61,892 nucleotides of DNA from an uncultured Methanosarcinales archaeon (GCA_964466175.1 CAYXMT010000001.1:1-61892); one strand, 5' to 3'. Shown: positions 1-8,683, counted from the first letter of the stretch. The notes: generated by a model from the letters alone, not told the origin. Translations and numbers: made by a program.

Positions 1-1501
1 CTAACGCAGATTTATTTTGAAGTTCTGCAAAATCCCTAATAACTTTAGAAACAATCAAGCGCTGTTCAACATCTAAATAAGCACTAGGTTCATCCAAAAG
101 AAATAATTCAGCATCTTTTCCTAAACAATAAGCAATAGCAACTTTCTGCAGTTCTCCACCGCTAAGTTCATTCAATTTCTTTTCAAACAATATTTTCAAA
201 TTCAAGGGATTAATAATCTGGTTAGTATATTTGGAAATAGCATCTTTTAAAACAACCATAACTAATTCATCATTTGATTCCAAATATTGAGGTTTGTAGC
301 TAACCTTAATGTTTTCATTTAATTTCCCTTTATCTTTTTTAATCTCACCAGCAAGAACTCTTACAAAAGTTGTTTTTCCAATTCCGTTTTCACCTAAAAC
401 ACCAATTACTTCTCCATTATTTATGCTACCAGTATCAGTTTCCAATAAAAACTTTCCAAGTTTCTTACTAAGACCATTCCATGAAACAAGCTCTTCTCCT
501 TTTTTCTTGGAAAAACTCTTACGAGCTTCAAATTTTACTTTCTTGTCTCTAAACCTTATATTCTCTTCCTTAAGATAACCCCCTAGGTAAACATTAATTG
601 AATTCTTTACAGGCTTCAACCCAGAAACAGAACCATAAACATCTTCAGAACCATACATTATGTGCGCCATATCCGACATATAATCAAAAATAATTAAATC
701 GTGTTCAACAACAATAACTGCAGTATGACCATCCAACAAACTCCTGATAAACTTACTGACATTTATCCTCTGCTTAATATCCAAATAACTTGTAGGCTCG
801 TCAAATATATACAAATTAGCGTCTTTCAAAACAGTAGCAGCTATTGCAACTCTTTGCAATTCCCCACCGGAAATTTTCTTAATATCATTATCCAGTATAT
901 TAGAAATTTCAAGTTCTTTTGCAACTTCATCTAATTTGCCTTTCTCATCAACCTTTTTCAATAGATCCTTAACCTTTCCTTTCTTTGCTTTTGGTATTAA
1001 ATCAACATGTTGCGGTTTGTAACTAACCTTAATATCACCTTTTTCAACTTTTTCAAAAAACAATTGTGTCTCAGTGCCTTTAAAGAAATCAATAATTTCC
1101 TTATAACTAGTTTTTTTACCAACTTCACCAAAATTTGGTTTCAACAACCCACCTAAAACACTTATTGCAGAACTTTTACCAATACCATTTACTCCTAAAA
1201 CACCAACAACCTTGTCAAATATCGGTGTAGGCAAATTATACAATGCAAACTTATTCTCACCATACCTATGAATCGGTTTTTTATCCAGAATTTCAGGCAA
1301 ATTAACAATTTTGATAGCATCGCTAGCTGCTTTAACGCATATCCCACATCCAATACATGTAGCTTCATCTATCCCAAGCACATCCTTTTCCAGAGTAATG
1401 CACTCTACCCCACCTCTATTAACAGGGCATAAGCTCTGTATGTGCAACTTTTTCTGCTTGTCCTTTAGCTTCTCATTATCAACAACAGCTATTCGTTTCA
1501 T
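1..1501 (-). CDS. abcE1: ABCE1/RLI-type ribosome-recycling ABC ATPase, first ~500 codons (3' end lies beyond window start)
   Basis: Absent from the ORF track because it runs off the window. Manual translation from ATG 1501-1499 gives MKRIAVVDNEKLKDKQKKLHIQSLCPVNRGGVECI...EATCIGCGICVKA (Fe-S Cys clusters), then Walker A GVLGVNGIGKS and a second NBD Walker A GVLGENGIGKTTF (about 380-340). Plus-strand ORFs 309-578, 701-934 and 1311-1553 are shadow ORFs. Confidence 0.85.
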   Translation of the reverse strand, partial: MKRIAVVDNEKLKDKQKKLHIQSLCPVNRGGVECITLEKDVLGIDEATCIGCGICVKAASDAIKIVNLPEILDKKPIHRYGENKFALYNLPTPIFDKVVGVLGVNGIGKSSAISVLGGLLKPNFGEVGKKTSYKEIIDFFKGTETQLFFEKVEKGDIKVSYKPQHVDLIPKAKKGKVKDLLKKVDEKGKLDEVAKELEISNILDNDIKKISGGELQRVAIAATVLKDANLYIFDEPTSYLDIKQRINVSKFIRSLLDGHTAVIVVEHDLIIFDYMSDMAHIMYGSEDVYGSVSGLKPVKNSINVYLGGYLKEENIRFRDKKVKFEARKSFSKKKGEELVSWNGLSKKLGKFLLETDTGSINNGEVIGVLGENGIGKTTFVRVLAGEIKKDKGKLNENIKVSYKPQYLESNDELVMVVLKDAISKYTNQIINPLNLKILFEKKLNELSGGELQKVAIAYCLGKDAELFLLDEPSAYLDVEQRLIVSKVIRDFAELQNKSAL

Positions 1502-1536
1502 ACAATATAGATTTATTATAGTATTTATAAATATTA

Positions 1537-1675
1537 GGGCTGTGCCTAATTAGGGGAGGTGGGTGGGAAGAATAACAAGATGATATTAACCAAAACTGCC
1601 CGTGAATTGCATGTGAGCAAAGCGAACATGCGGCTTTCAGGGACTTTTGACTTCAGTTCCGCTCTGGCACAGCCC
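1537..1675 (+). ncRNA. Candidate structured RNA, E-element copy 1
   Basis: 10-bp terminal helix GGGCUGUGCC (1537-1546) / GGCACAGCCC (1666-1675). Core is CGUGAAUU (1601-1608), 6-bp stem GCAUGU/ACAUGC (1609-1614 / 1626-1631) and loop GAGCAAAGCGA. The same architecture occurs at 8506-8683 and 35655-35728. It is a G+C-rich island between two AT-rich promoter regions. Confidence 0.4.
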
Positions 1676-1718
1676 TTTGAGTTAAATTTAAATAATCAGA
1701 ACAATAACTATCCTTAAT

Positions 1719-1877
1719 ATGAAATGTGAAATCTGCAAGAAAAACATAGAAACAACATTCATGGGAAAGATCTTAGGTACTTATATCAAAGATGATAAAG
1801 GCAAAAAGCATACTGTTTGCTTTGAGTGCCAGAAAAACCTCAAAACCAAGGAAAAAATACTAGAAAATATTAAGTAA
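1719..1877 (+). CDS. Small zinc-ribbon protein (52 aa)
   Basis: Manual ORF MKCEICKKNIETTFMGKILGTYIKDDKGKKHTVCFECQKNLKTKEKILENIK with CxxC...CxxC. A TATA-like AAATTTAAATAA lies about 25-30 nt upstream. Too short for the ORF track. Confidence 0.45.
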   Translation: MKCEICKKNIETTFMGKILGTYIKDDKGKKHTVCFECQKNLKTKEKILENIK

Positions 1878-1892
1878 TTCTTTTATATTCAT

Positions 1893-1908
1893 GCCTCGAT
1901 AGCTCAGG
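1893..1908 (+). other. tRNA-like 5' fragment (acceptor 5' strand plus start of D arm only)
   Basis: GCCTCGATAGCTCAGG resembles tRNA positions 1-16 and the fragment at 1954. No D-stem 3' strand, anticodon arm or T arm follows. Confidence 0.35.
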
Positions 1909-1953
1909 AAACTAAGATAAATTTATAAATAACAAAAACTTACTCATTCCTAG

Positions 1954-1990
1954 GCCCTCATAGCTCAGTAGCTAGAGCGGTAGATTTACC
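1954..1990 (+). other. tRNA 5'-half-like sequence (anticodon position reads TAC) lacking a 3' half
   Basis: GCCCTCA-TA-GCTC-AGTAGCTA-GAGC-G-GTAGA-TTTACC has a good acceptor 5' strand, D arm and anticodon-stem 5' strand. No complementary anticodon-stem 3' strand, T arm or TGAGGGC acceptor strand lies before the nadM stop at 2009. Confidence 0.4.
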
Positions 1991-2008
1991 AAAGCCGAAC
2001 CTCGTAAG

Positions 2009-2512
2009 CTATAGGTCAGGAGTGCAAATCTCCTTAACCCTTTGCACACCTTTAATCTTAGAAATATAATTCACAATTTCTTCTGGAACTAATCTTTGCC
2101 AGTTTTGATTTTTAATAATCCTGCTTCTTATTGTTGTGCTGCTTACACCTTTAAGCATCTTAACCTTCCTTACCTCGTATTTTCCTTCAAAGCATTTTTC
2201 TGTCCATTCATTTCCGGTATAAACAACTTCAAATTTAGGAATCGTAGCCTCAATGTGATTAACCCATTTAATATCATCATTAAAATCAGGTATGGTAAAA
2301 ACAACATACTTTTTTATATTATTGGCAGCCAGCGCAATATTAATCATCTCAACCCTTTCCCTAACAGTAAAAGGATTTTCTTTAGTATTCTCTTCATTAC
2401 TGCTGCCTATTCCAATAATAATCTCACCTACCTCTTCCAAAGCATTCTTTATATCCCTTAGATGCCCCGAATGAAACGGCTGAAACCTTCCAATAAACAA
2501 ACCTCTGTCCAT
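2009..2512 (-). CDS. nadM: Nicotinamide-mononucleotide adenylyltransferase, archaeal type
   Basis: MDRGLFIGRFQPFHSGHL...GIGSSNEE...SSTTIRSRI, about 167 aa as in archaeal NMNAT. Start moved to ATG 2512 because the track start at 2596 overlaps the upstream gene by 44 nt. Confidence 0.85.
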   Translation of the reverse strand: MDRGLFIGRFQPFHSGHLRDIKNALEEVGEIIIGIGSSNEENTKENPFTVRERVEMINIALAANNIKKYVVFTIPDFNDDIKWVNHIEATIPKFEVVYTGNEWTEKCFEGKYEVRKVKMLKGVSSTTIRSRIIKNQNWQRLVPEEIVNYISKIKGVQRVKEICTPDL

Positions 2513-2552
2513 AAGAGAAATAAGTTCATGATGTTTATAAATTTTCTTAATT

Positions 2553-3182
2553 TTATATGAAGAGAGGGTCAAATTCCTTAACAACTTCATTATCAACCCG
2601 TATAATTGTGCTAATATCCGGAGGCAAATTATTTCTTAAAAGCATTTCCAGGGTTTTATCTGTTTTTTCCTGGTCTTCTTCAGGGTCATATCCTCTATCA
2701 GCGTGAAACACTCCTTCCTCATCTAATGGGTTAAAGTAAGCGCGAATCAAAATTAATCGTTGATTTCTGAGGTATATCCCTCTGACATACTTATTAAATA
2801 CCTGATTCCCGAATCTGTCGATTGTTGCAGCATGTTTTTGGTCAAGCCTGCCCATCAAGAATTCCTGAGACTCTGGTTCATATGAAAACCTGCCTACATA
2901 TGCATAAGGGTCATTAGGCAAAGAGTGTTGTGGACGCATATGCAAAATAAAATCATCAGTTGGAACCCAGCTATGATAACCTTCTCTTTGCTCAGGCACA
3001 ATATCCACACCTAGCCATTGTCTATCAGTTGCACGAGGAGAATCTCCTGAACTTGCATTAGCAGCTATAGCCCCCAATCTAACTGGAGGCAGAATTGGAA
3101 ATATATAATCCCAACCATCAAATTCTGATATATAAATTCCATAAGGAGTTTTGCTTCCTGGAACATATTGTTCATTAGGCAT
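2553..3182 (-). CDS. Hypothetical protein (209 aa), no family recognised
   Basis: Long ORF in the same orientation between nadE and nadM. Visibly higher G+C than its neighbours (about 40% versus about 22-30% in hand-counted 60-nt samples). Confidence 0.55.
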   Translation of the reverse strand: MPNEQYVPGSKTPYGIYISEFDGWDYIFPILPPVRLGAIAANASSGDSPRATDRQWLGVDIVPEQREGYHSWVPTDDFILHMRPQHSLPNDPYAYVGRFSYEPESQEFLMGRLDQKHAATIDRFGNQVFNKYVRGIYLRNQRLILIRAYFNPLDEEGVFHADRGYDPEEDQEKTDKTLEMLLRNNLPPDISTIIRVDNEVVKEFDPLFI

Positions 3183-3248
3183 TTAGTTATAATCCTCTTT
3201 GTATTTTAAATAAATATTTGACAATTTTATTCCAATAAGAATAATCAA

Positions 3249-4016
3249 CTAAGAAATCTTCAATACACTGGGCATATCTCCTTTATGCTTATTCTTTTCA
3301 ATTAAAGAAAATATTTTCTCAACTTTTTCCTTGGAAATTCCATCTTCAATAATTTTTTGTGCAGAAGATTCAGAAACATAAGCTTTCAAAATCTTATCAA
3401 TCTCATCATACTTCAAACCTAATTCATCCTCATCAGTCTGTCCGTGATAAAGCTCTGCTGTTGGTGTTTTGTTAATAATTTTCTCAGGCAGTTTAAGGAA
3501 TTTCGCAACTTCAATCTCTTCTGTCTTGAACAAATCTCCAATAACCTCAATATCTACTGCCCCATCACCATATTTAGTAAAATACCCCAGCATTATCTCA
3601 GTCTTATTACTAGTACCAATAACCAAAGCATCATGAGTATTGGCATAATTATAAAGAATTACAGCCCTAATTCTTGAAGCAGTGTTCATCTTAGCAATCT
3701 TGTTCTGCTTCCATTCCAATTTCTTAAATTCATCAACAAATTCATTAATAAAAATCAAAGAATAACTTATGCCATTCAATGTGCAGAACTCAACAGCATC
3801 TTTTATAGTCTCTTCAGAACTTAAACCCTTAAGAGGCATAAGCAAAGCATGAACATTTTCTTTCCCAATAGCATCTACAACTAATTTAGCAGATAAAGCA
3901 GAATCTATTCCGCCGCTTATCCCAATTACAGCCTTGCTAAAATTATTTTTACTAAAATAATCCCTTATTCCTGAAACTAATTTTTCATATATTTGTTTTA
4001 TTTCTTCATTATCCAT
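3249..4016 (-). CDS. nadE: NH3-dependent NAD+ synthetase
   Basis: PP-loop SGGIDSA, length 255 aa, typical NadE C-terminal region. Confidence 0.85.
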   Translation of the reverse strand: MDNEEIKQIYEKLVSGIRDYFSKNNFSKAVIGISGGIDSALSAKLVVDAIGKENVHALLMPLKGLSSEETIKDAVEFCTLNGISYSLIFINEFVDEFKKLEWKQNKIAKMNTASRIRAVILYNYANTHDALVIGTSNKTEIMLGYFTKYGDGAVDIEVIGDLFKTEEIEVAKFLKLPEKIINKTPTAELYHGQTDEDELGLKYDEIDKILKAYVSESSAQKIIEDGISKEKVEKIFSLIEKNKHKGDMPSVLKIS

Positions 4017-4121
4017 TTTTATATGGTCTGGAGAATATAATTTGATTTAAAAACCTTTTTGATTATCAGAACAAATACTCAACACAAGATTTATAAATAG
4101 GCCTGATATCTTTTTCCTAAA

Positions 4122-4832
4122 ATGAAAGTAGCAATAATGTATTCAGGAGGCAAAGACAGCACATTTGCAATAGACCATGCTCTGGAAAAAGGCTGGGATA
4201 TCGAATACTTAATCTCAATAAAACCTACAAGAACTGATTGTTATTTATTCCATTTTGCAACTGTGGAGCATACAAAAGATTTGGCAAAAATACTTCAAAT
4301 TCCTCATATCCTGGAAAGCTGTTCAGTAGCAGATCCTAAAAAAGAAGCTCAAATAGTAAAAGAAATTGTTGAAAAGCAGCAAAAAACTTCGCCGGTAAAT
4401 GCAGTTGTTTTAGGCGGTACAGGTTTGCAGGAAACACAGCTAAAAAGCATACAAAATGCCTTAAGGCCATTAGGCATAGAAGTATTTGCATCCCATGCCG
4501 GAGAGGAACATGATTTAGTAATTGAACAAATACTTAACAAAGGCTATGAAATAATGATTACACAAGTTGCATCAGACGGCTTAATGCCCTGGTTAGGAAA
4601 AACATTAACAAAAGAAAACTTTAAAGAATTAAAAAAAGACTCTGTAAATTACAAATTCCATATTGGTTTTGAAGGAGGCTATGCAGACACATTAATTTTG
4701 GACGGCCCAATTTTCAGGAACAAATTAAAGGTTGACAGTTTTGAAAAGGTAGTTGAGGATAAATATTGCGGGCATGTTAAAATAAATAAATTAGAAATTC
4801 TTGATAAGGAAGTAAATATTACAAAAGAATAA
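4122..4832 (+). CDS. dph6: Diphthine-ammonia ligase-like PP-loop ATPase (MJ0570/DUF71 family)
   Basis: N-terminus MKVAIMYSGGKDSTFAIDHA. Size and layout match the archaeal Dph6 N-terminal domain family. Confidence 0.65.
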   Translation: MKVAIMYSGGKDSTFAIDHALEKGWDIEYLISIKPTRTDCYLFHFATVEHTKDLAKILQIPHILESCSVADPKKEAQIVKEIVEKQQKTSPVNAVVLGGTGLQETQLKSIQNALRPLGIEVFASHAGEEHDLVIEQILNKGYEIMITQVASDGLMPWLGKTLTKENFKELKKDSVNYKFHIGFEGGYADTLILDGPIFRNKLKVDSFEKVVEDKYCGHVKINKLEILDKEVNITKE

Positions 4833-5234
4833 TTATTTCAACTTAGAAGACTTAAAGATATGCTCCTTGAAAGGTTTTGCCCTTACAATTTCTGCGTTTA
4901 TACCAATTTTTTTAAGCTCGTTTTTTAATGCCTCTTCAGAAATTGTATTTTGATCATACCCTAAACATATAACGCTAGGTTTAAGTTCTTTTATGGGCTT
5001 TAATATGTCCTTATTATCCCCTAAAAATGCTTCATCAACAAAATCCAGTTTCTTAACATCCCTTAACCTGCTCTCTTCATCATGTTTCGGTTTGCAACCT
5101 TTAAACTTCAAAATATTCTCATCCCTTGCAACTACAACAATCAGGTAATCCCCATAACCCTTAGCTTCCTTAAGATAAACCTCATGCCCTTTATGCAGTA
5201 TATCAAAAGATCCAAATGTAATTACTTTTTTCAT
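4833..5234 (-). CDS. ribL: FAD synthetase (FMN adenylyltransferase), archaeal RibL type
   Basis: Cytidylyltransferase motif GSFDILHKGH and VVVARDENI...KPKHDEESR, close to the remembered MJ1179 RibL pattern. Confidence 0.7.
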   Translation of the reverse strand: MKKVITFGSFDILHKGHEVYLKEAKGYGDYLIVVVARDENILKFKGCKPKHDEESRLRDVKKLDFVDEAFLGDNKDILKPIKELKPSVICLGYDQNTISEEALKNELKKIGINAEIVRAKPFKEHIFKSSKLK

Positions 5235-5336
5235 AGTAAAAGCAATTCTAGAGTATTTTAAAAATATTGTGGATTTAATTAAATAACCAAAAGATTTATA
5301 TACCAGAATATCACTTTCTAGTAGTAAATAGAATAG

Positions 5337-6122
5337 ATGTTTTTAATGACGCAATTACAAGTAGTAAAAATAGGAACAAGCTCTGTATTCCATGACGGCG
5401 AAATTGATTATGGAAACATAGCCAGAGTAGGCTATGGCGTAGCAAAATTAATCCATGAACAGGATACGCAGTCAGTTTTAGTTACTTCTGGGTCTATTCC
5501 ATTAGGTATGGAGAAAAAAGGAATAACAGAAAAACCAACAAACCCTGTAGAATTGCAGAGTTGCGCAAGAATTGGCCAGTCTTTATTAGTAGCTGCCTAC
5601 AACCAGGGTTTACAATCAGGATACCACCAATACGCAGGGGAAAGAGGAATGGGGGAACTAGAAGTGGTAACTGGACAATGTCTTGTAACTTACCATAATT
5701 TAAACAATACTAGTGAAATGCGAAATATTGTAATGGGCATAATATATGATTCTGCTGGCGGAACAATACCCTTAATAAATTATAATGATGGCATTGACCC
5801 AACAGAGGCGCACCTCGATAATGATAGATTAGGCGCAAGAATCACAAAAGCGATTATTGCAGACAGGCTGGTAATCTTAACTGATGTTGATGGATTGCTG
5901 GATGAAGATGGAGAGTTAGTAGACAGAGTTAGTGAAATAGATGATTCTGTAAGGGAATTATGTGGTGTTGCAAAAGGTACAGGAGGAATGGACACTAAAC
6001 TGGATGCAGCAGATTTATGCATAAAAAATGATCCTTCAATACCTGTAATTGTGGGAAATGCCCAACATAACTTAGTGGATTTAATTGATGGCACTGTTCC
6101 AAGAACATTATTCCAAAATTAA
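5337..6122 (+). CDS. proB: Glutamate 5-kinase-like amino-acid kinase (no PUA domain)
   Basis: VVKIGTSSV, LVTSGSIPLG, DNDRLGARITKAIIADRLVILTDVDGL and GTGGMDTKLDAA match ProB family motifs. The start may be 5346. Confidence 0.65.
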   Translation: MFLMTQLQVVKIGTSSVFHDGEIDYGNIARVGYGVAKLIHEQDTQSVLVTSGSIPLGMEKKGITEKPTNPVELQSCARIGQSLLVAAYNQGLQSGYHQYAGERGMGELEVVTGQCLVTYHNLNNTSEMRNIVMGIIYDSAGGTIPLINYNDGIDPTEAHLDNDRLGARITKAIIADRLVILTDVDGLLDEDGELVDRVSEIDDSVRELCGVAKGTGGMDTKLDAADLCIKNDPSIPVIVGNAQHNLVDLIDGTVPRTLFQN

Positions 6123-6161
6123 TCAAAATCTTTATAAATAAAATATCCATGGTTAATAGTA

Positions 6162-7592
6162 ATGGCCAAAGAAGAGAAGCTGGGAATAAAAGTAAGGAAA
6201 GAAGAAGATTTTTCTGAGTGGTATAATGAAGTAGTTATCAAGGCAGAGCTTGCAGAGCATTCCGTAATAAAGGGATTTATGGTTGTAAGACCCAGAGGAT
6301 ATTCAATATGGGAAAAACTACAGCAGAATTTCGATAAAGCAATAAAAAATATAGGTGTTCAAAATGCTTACTTCCCATTATTGATTCCGGAATCTTTTTT
6401 TAAAAAAGAGGCTGAACATGCCCAGGGATTTTCTCCGGAGCTGGCATGGATAGAGCAAAAGGAAGATGGTGTAAGGTATGCTATAAGGCCAACATCCGAA
6501 ACAGTAATGTATGATTCTTACTCAAAATGGATTAGAAGTTGGAGAGACTTGCCTTTAAGGCTTAACCAATGGTGCAATGTCTTAAGATGGGAAGTCAAGC
6601 AGACAAAACTTTTCTTAAGGACAAGGGAATTTCTATGGCAGGAAGGCCATTGCGTTTATGAAACAGAAAAAGAATGTGATAAAGAGACATTAGTTTATCT
6701 TAAAGAATACAAAAACTTATGTGAGGAACTGCTAGCAATACCTGTTTTAGAAGGAAAAAAAACCGACAAAGAAAAATTTGCAGGCGCTAAAACAACATAT
6801 GCAGTGGAAGCACTGATGCCTGATGGAAAAGCATTGCAGATGGGAACCTCCCATAATCTTGGACAGAATTTTGCAAAAGCATTTAATATAAAATTCCTGG
6901 GCAAAGATGAAAAAGAATATTTGCCATGGCAAAATTCCTGGGGATTTTCCACAAGATTAATAGGAGCTTTAGTCATGTCGCATTCTGATGATAAAGGCTT
7001 AATTCTGCCTCCAAAAGTCGCTCCAATACAAATTGTCATAGTCCCGATTTACAAGGTCGATAATAAGGATAAGATAGTAAAGAAAGCCAGCGAAATAAAA
7101 AACAAGCTCAATTATAAAACATACTTAGATGATAGAGAAGAGTATACACCCGGATGGAAATTTAACGAATGGGAGCTAAAAGGCGTACCATTAAGAATAG
7201 AGATAGGACCAAAAGATATAGAAAAAAACCAGGTAGTTCTAGTTAGACGCGATAATAACAATAAAGAATTTGTAAAACTTTCTCAATTAGACAAAAAAGT
7301 TAAAGATACTTTAGAAAGCATACAAAATTCCTTGTTCAATAAAGCAAAGAAATTCTTGAATTCCAACATCACAGAAGCTAAAAACTGGAATGATTTCGTA
7401 AAGCAAATAAAAAACAGAAAACTTGTAAAATCCTTTTTCTGTGGCGATATAAAATGTGAAGACATTATCAAGGACGAATCAAAAGGTGCAACTTCCCGCG
7501 TCATACCATTCCAGCAGCCAAAGAAATTAGGCAAATGCATTCATTGCAGTAAAGAAGGCAAGTTCTTGGTTATTTTTGGGAAAGCTTACTAA
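6162..7592 (+). CDS. proS: Prolyl-tRNA synthetase, archaeal/eukaryal type
   Basis: 476 aa class II aaRS with a C-terminal zinc-binding domain (CGDIKCE...CIHC), typical of archaeal ProRS. Confidence 0.9.
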   Translation: MAKEEKLGIKVRKEEDFSEWYNEVVIKAELAEHSVIKGFMVVRPRGYSIWEKLQQNFDKAIKNIGVQNAYFPLLIPESFFKKEAEHAQGFSPELAWIEQKEDGVRYAIRPTSETVMYDSYSKWIRSWRDLPLRLNQWCNVLRWEVKQTKLFLRTREFLWQEGHCVYETEKECDKETLVYLKEYKNLCEELLAIPVLEGKKTDKEKFAGAKTTYAVEALMPDGKALQMGTSHNLGQNFAKAFNIKFLGKDEKEYLPWQNSWGFSTRLIGALVMSHSDDKGLILPPKVAPIQIVIVPIYKVDNKDKIVKKASEIKNKLNYKTYLDDREEYTPGWKFNEWELKGVPLRIEIGPKDIEKNQVVLVRRDNNNKEFVKLSQLDKKVKDTLESIQNSLFNKAKKFLNSNITEAKNWNDFVKQIKNRKLVKSFFCGDIKCEDIIKDESKGATSRVIPFQQPKKLGKCIHCSKEGKFLVIFGKAY

Positions 7593-8458
7593 TTCAATGC
7601 CTCAGCAATCAACTCAGAAACATCTATCTTATCAACTTTATTGGGTATAGTATTCGTAGTAACTACCTTAACATTTGCTTTTCTTAACTTCTCCAAAGCT
7701 TTCTCAACAAAAATTCCATGAACAGCAATGCAATTAAATTTCTTTGCACCCATTTTTTTAAAGTTCTTTGCAGCCTCAATTATTGTATTCCCTGTACTGA
7801 TGATGTCATCAACAAGGATAACATTCTTGTTCCTTAAATCAACCGGTTTATTCAAACTTACTTTAACTTCCCTGCCAGAAATTCTTTTTTTCTCCATTAT
7901 GACATACTCGCATCCAATCTCATCTGCTACCCTTTTTGCCCATTTGTAGCTTTCCCAGTCAGGACCTACAATTAAAGGATTCCTGAAATTTTTCTTGATA
8001 TATCTGCCAATATAATGGTTAGATGTCAGCTTATGATGTTTTATATTGAATAAATGAGAAAGGTCCTTTTCCCTGTGCAGATGAGGATCAACAATAATGA
8101 CTTTATCAAAATACTTGTCAATCAGCCTTGCCATAATCTCAATGCTTATGCATTGTCCTGACTTAAACCTTTTATCCTGCCTGAAATAAGGAAAATACGG
8201 CGCAGCAAGAATTATCTTTTTAGCTCCCAGTTCTTGAGCAGTATCAGCAGCAAATAATATTTCCACAATTAAGTCATCAATATTATCGTAAAATGACTGC
8301 ACAAACACAACAGTTTTTCCACGGACATTGCTCATAAGCCTTATACTAATCTCACCATCAGGAAATTTCTTTACTTTTAGTTCAGAATAAGAAGCTTTCA
8401 GCTTTTTAGCTATTTTACTGGCCAAATGCACCCCTTTTGAGCATCCTATCACTAACAT
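7589..8458 (-). CDS. prs: Ribose-phosphate pyrophosphokinase
   Basis: PYFPYFRQDKR and VILVDDIISTGNT motifs. Start placed at ATG 8458 (MLVIGCSKG), leaving a TATA-rich 45 nt upstream. Confidence 0.85.
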   Translation of the reverse strand: MLVIGCSKGVHLASKIAKKLKASYSELKVKKFPDGEISIRLMSNVRGKTVVFVQSFYDNIDDLIVEILFAADTAQELGAKKIILAAPYFPYFRQDKRFKSGQCISIEIMARLIDKYFDKVIIVDPHLHREKDLSHLFNIKHHKLTSNHYIGRYIKKNFRNPLIVGPDWESYKWAKRVADEIGCEYVIMEKKRISGREVKVSLNKPVDLRNKNVILVDDIISTGNTIIEAAKNFKKMGAKKFNCIAVHGIFVEKALEKLRKANVKVVTTNTIPNKVDKIDVSELIAEALN

Positions 8459-8505
8459 GATATAATATGAGAATATGTTGTATTTATATATTGCTATAAT
8501 CAAGA

Positions 8506-8683
8506 GGTTGGAGTGAAAGTCGGTGCTTGTGCGTAAATTGCCAAAGAATAAAATTCCGCAGGATTATACTGTACGACCTGAGCGTCGTGAATTGCAAGCG
8601 AACAATGTGAGCTTGTCCGCTACTCACGATTGAGAGGAATGCTAAGGCCTCGCACAAGTACAAATTAGATTTTCACACCAACC
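8506..8683 (+). ncRNA. Candidate structured RNA, E-element copy 2 (largest)
   Basis: Helix GGUUGGaGUGAAA (8506-8518) / UUUCACaCCAACC (8671-8683). An 11-bp helix GUGCUUGUGCG (8523-8533) / CGCACAAGUAC (8651-8661) contains one G-U. Core is CGUGAAUU (8586-8593), stem GCAAGC/GCUUGU and loop GAACAAUGUGA. G-U pairs favour the plus strand. Confidence 0.45.

Noticed and set aside
1601-1634. The E-element core as a canonical K-turn or box C/D (GUGAAUU versus RUGAUGA) or as an H/ACA guide.
   Set aside because: There is no 3-nt bulge adjacent to the tandem G-A pairs. No CUGA partner box is present, and no ACA/ANA box follows the closing helices.
2009-2040. T-arm-like AGGAG-TGCAAAT-CTCCT that might complete the tRNA-like sequence starting at 1954.
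   Set aside because: It lies inside the conserved C-terminus of nadM (KGVQRVKEICTPDL). It has G at the invariant position 55, and the following bases do not pair with the 5' acceptor strand.
8506-8683. E copy 2 as a minimal RNase P RNA (GAGUGAAAGUCGG resembles CR-I GAGGAAAGUCCGG) or as SRP RNA.
   Set aside because: Only a 7-mer matches, and several chance occurrences are expected in 62 kb. No CR-IV or CR-V, and no SRP helix-8 GGAA/AGCA motif, could be found. The shared core with two other loci argues for a multi-copy family.
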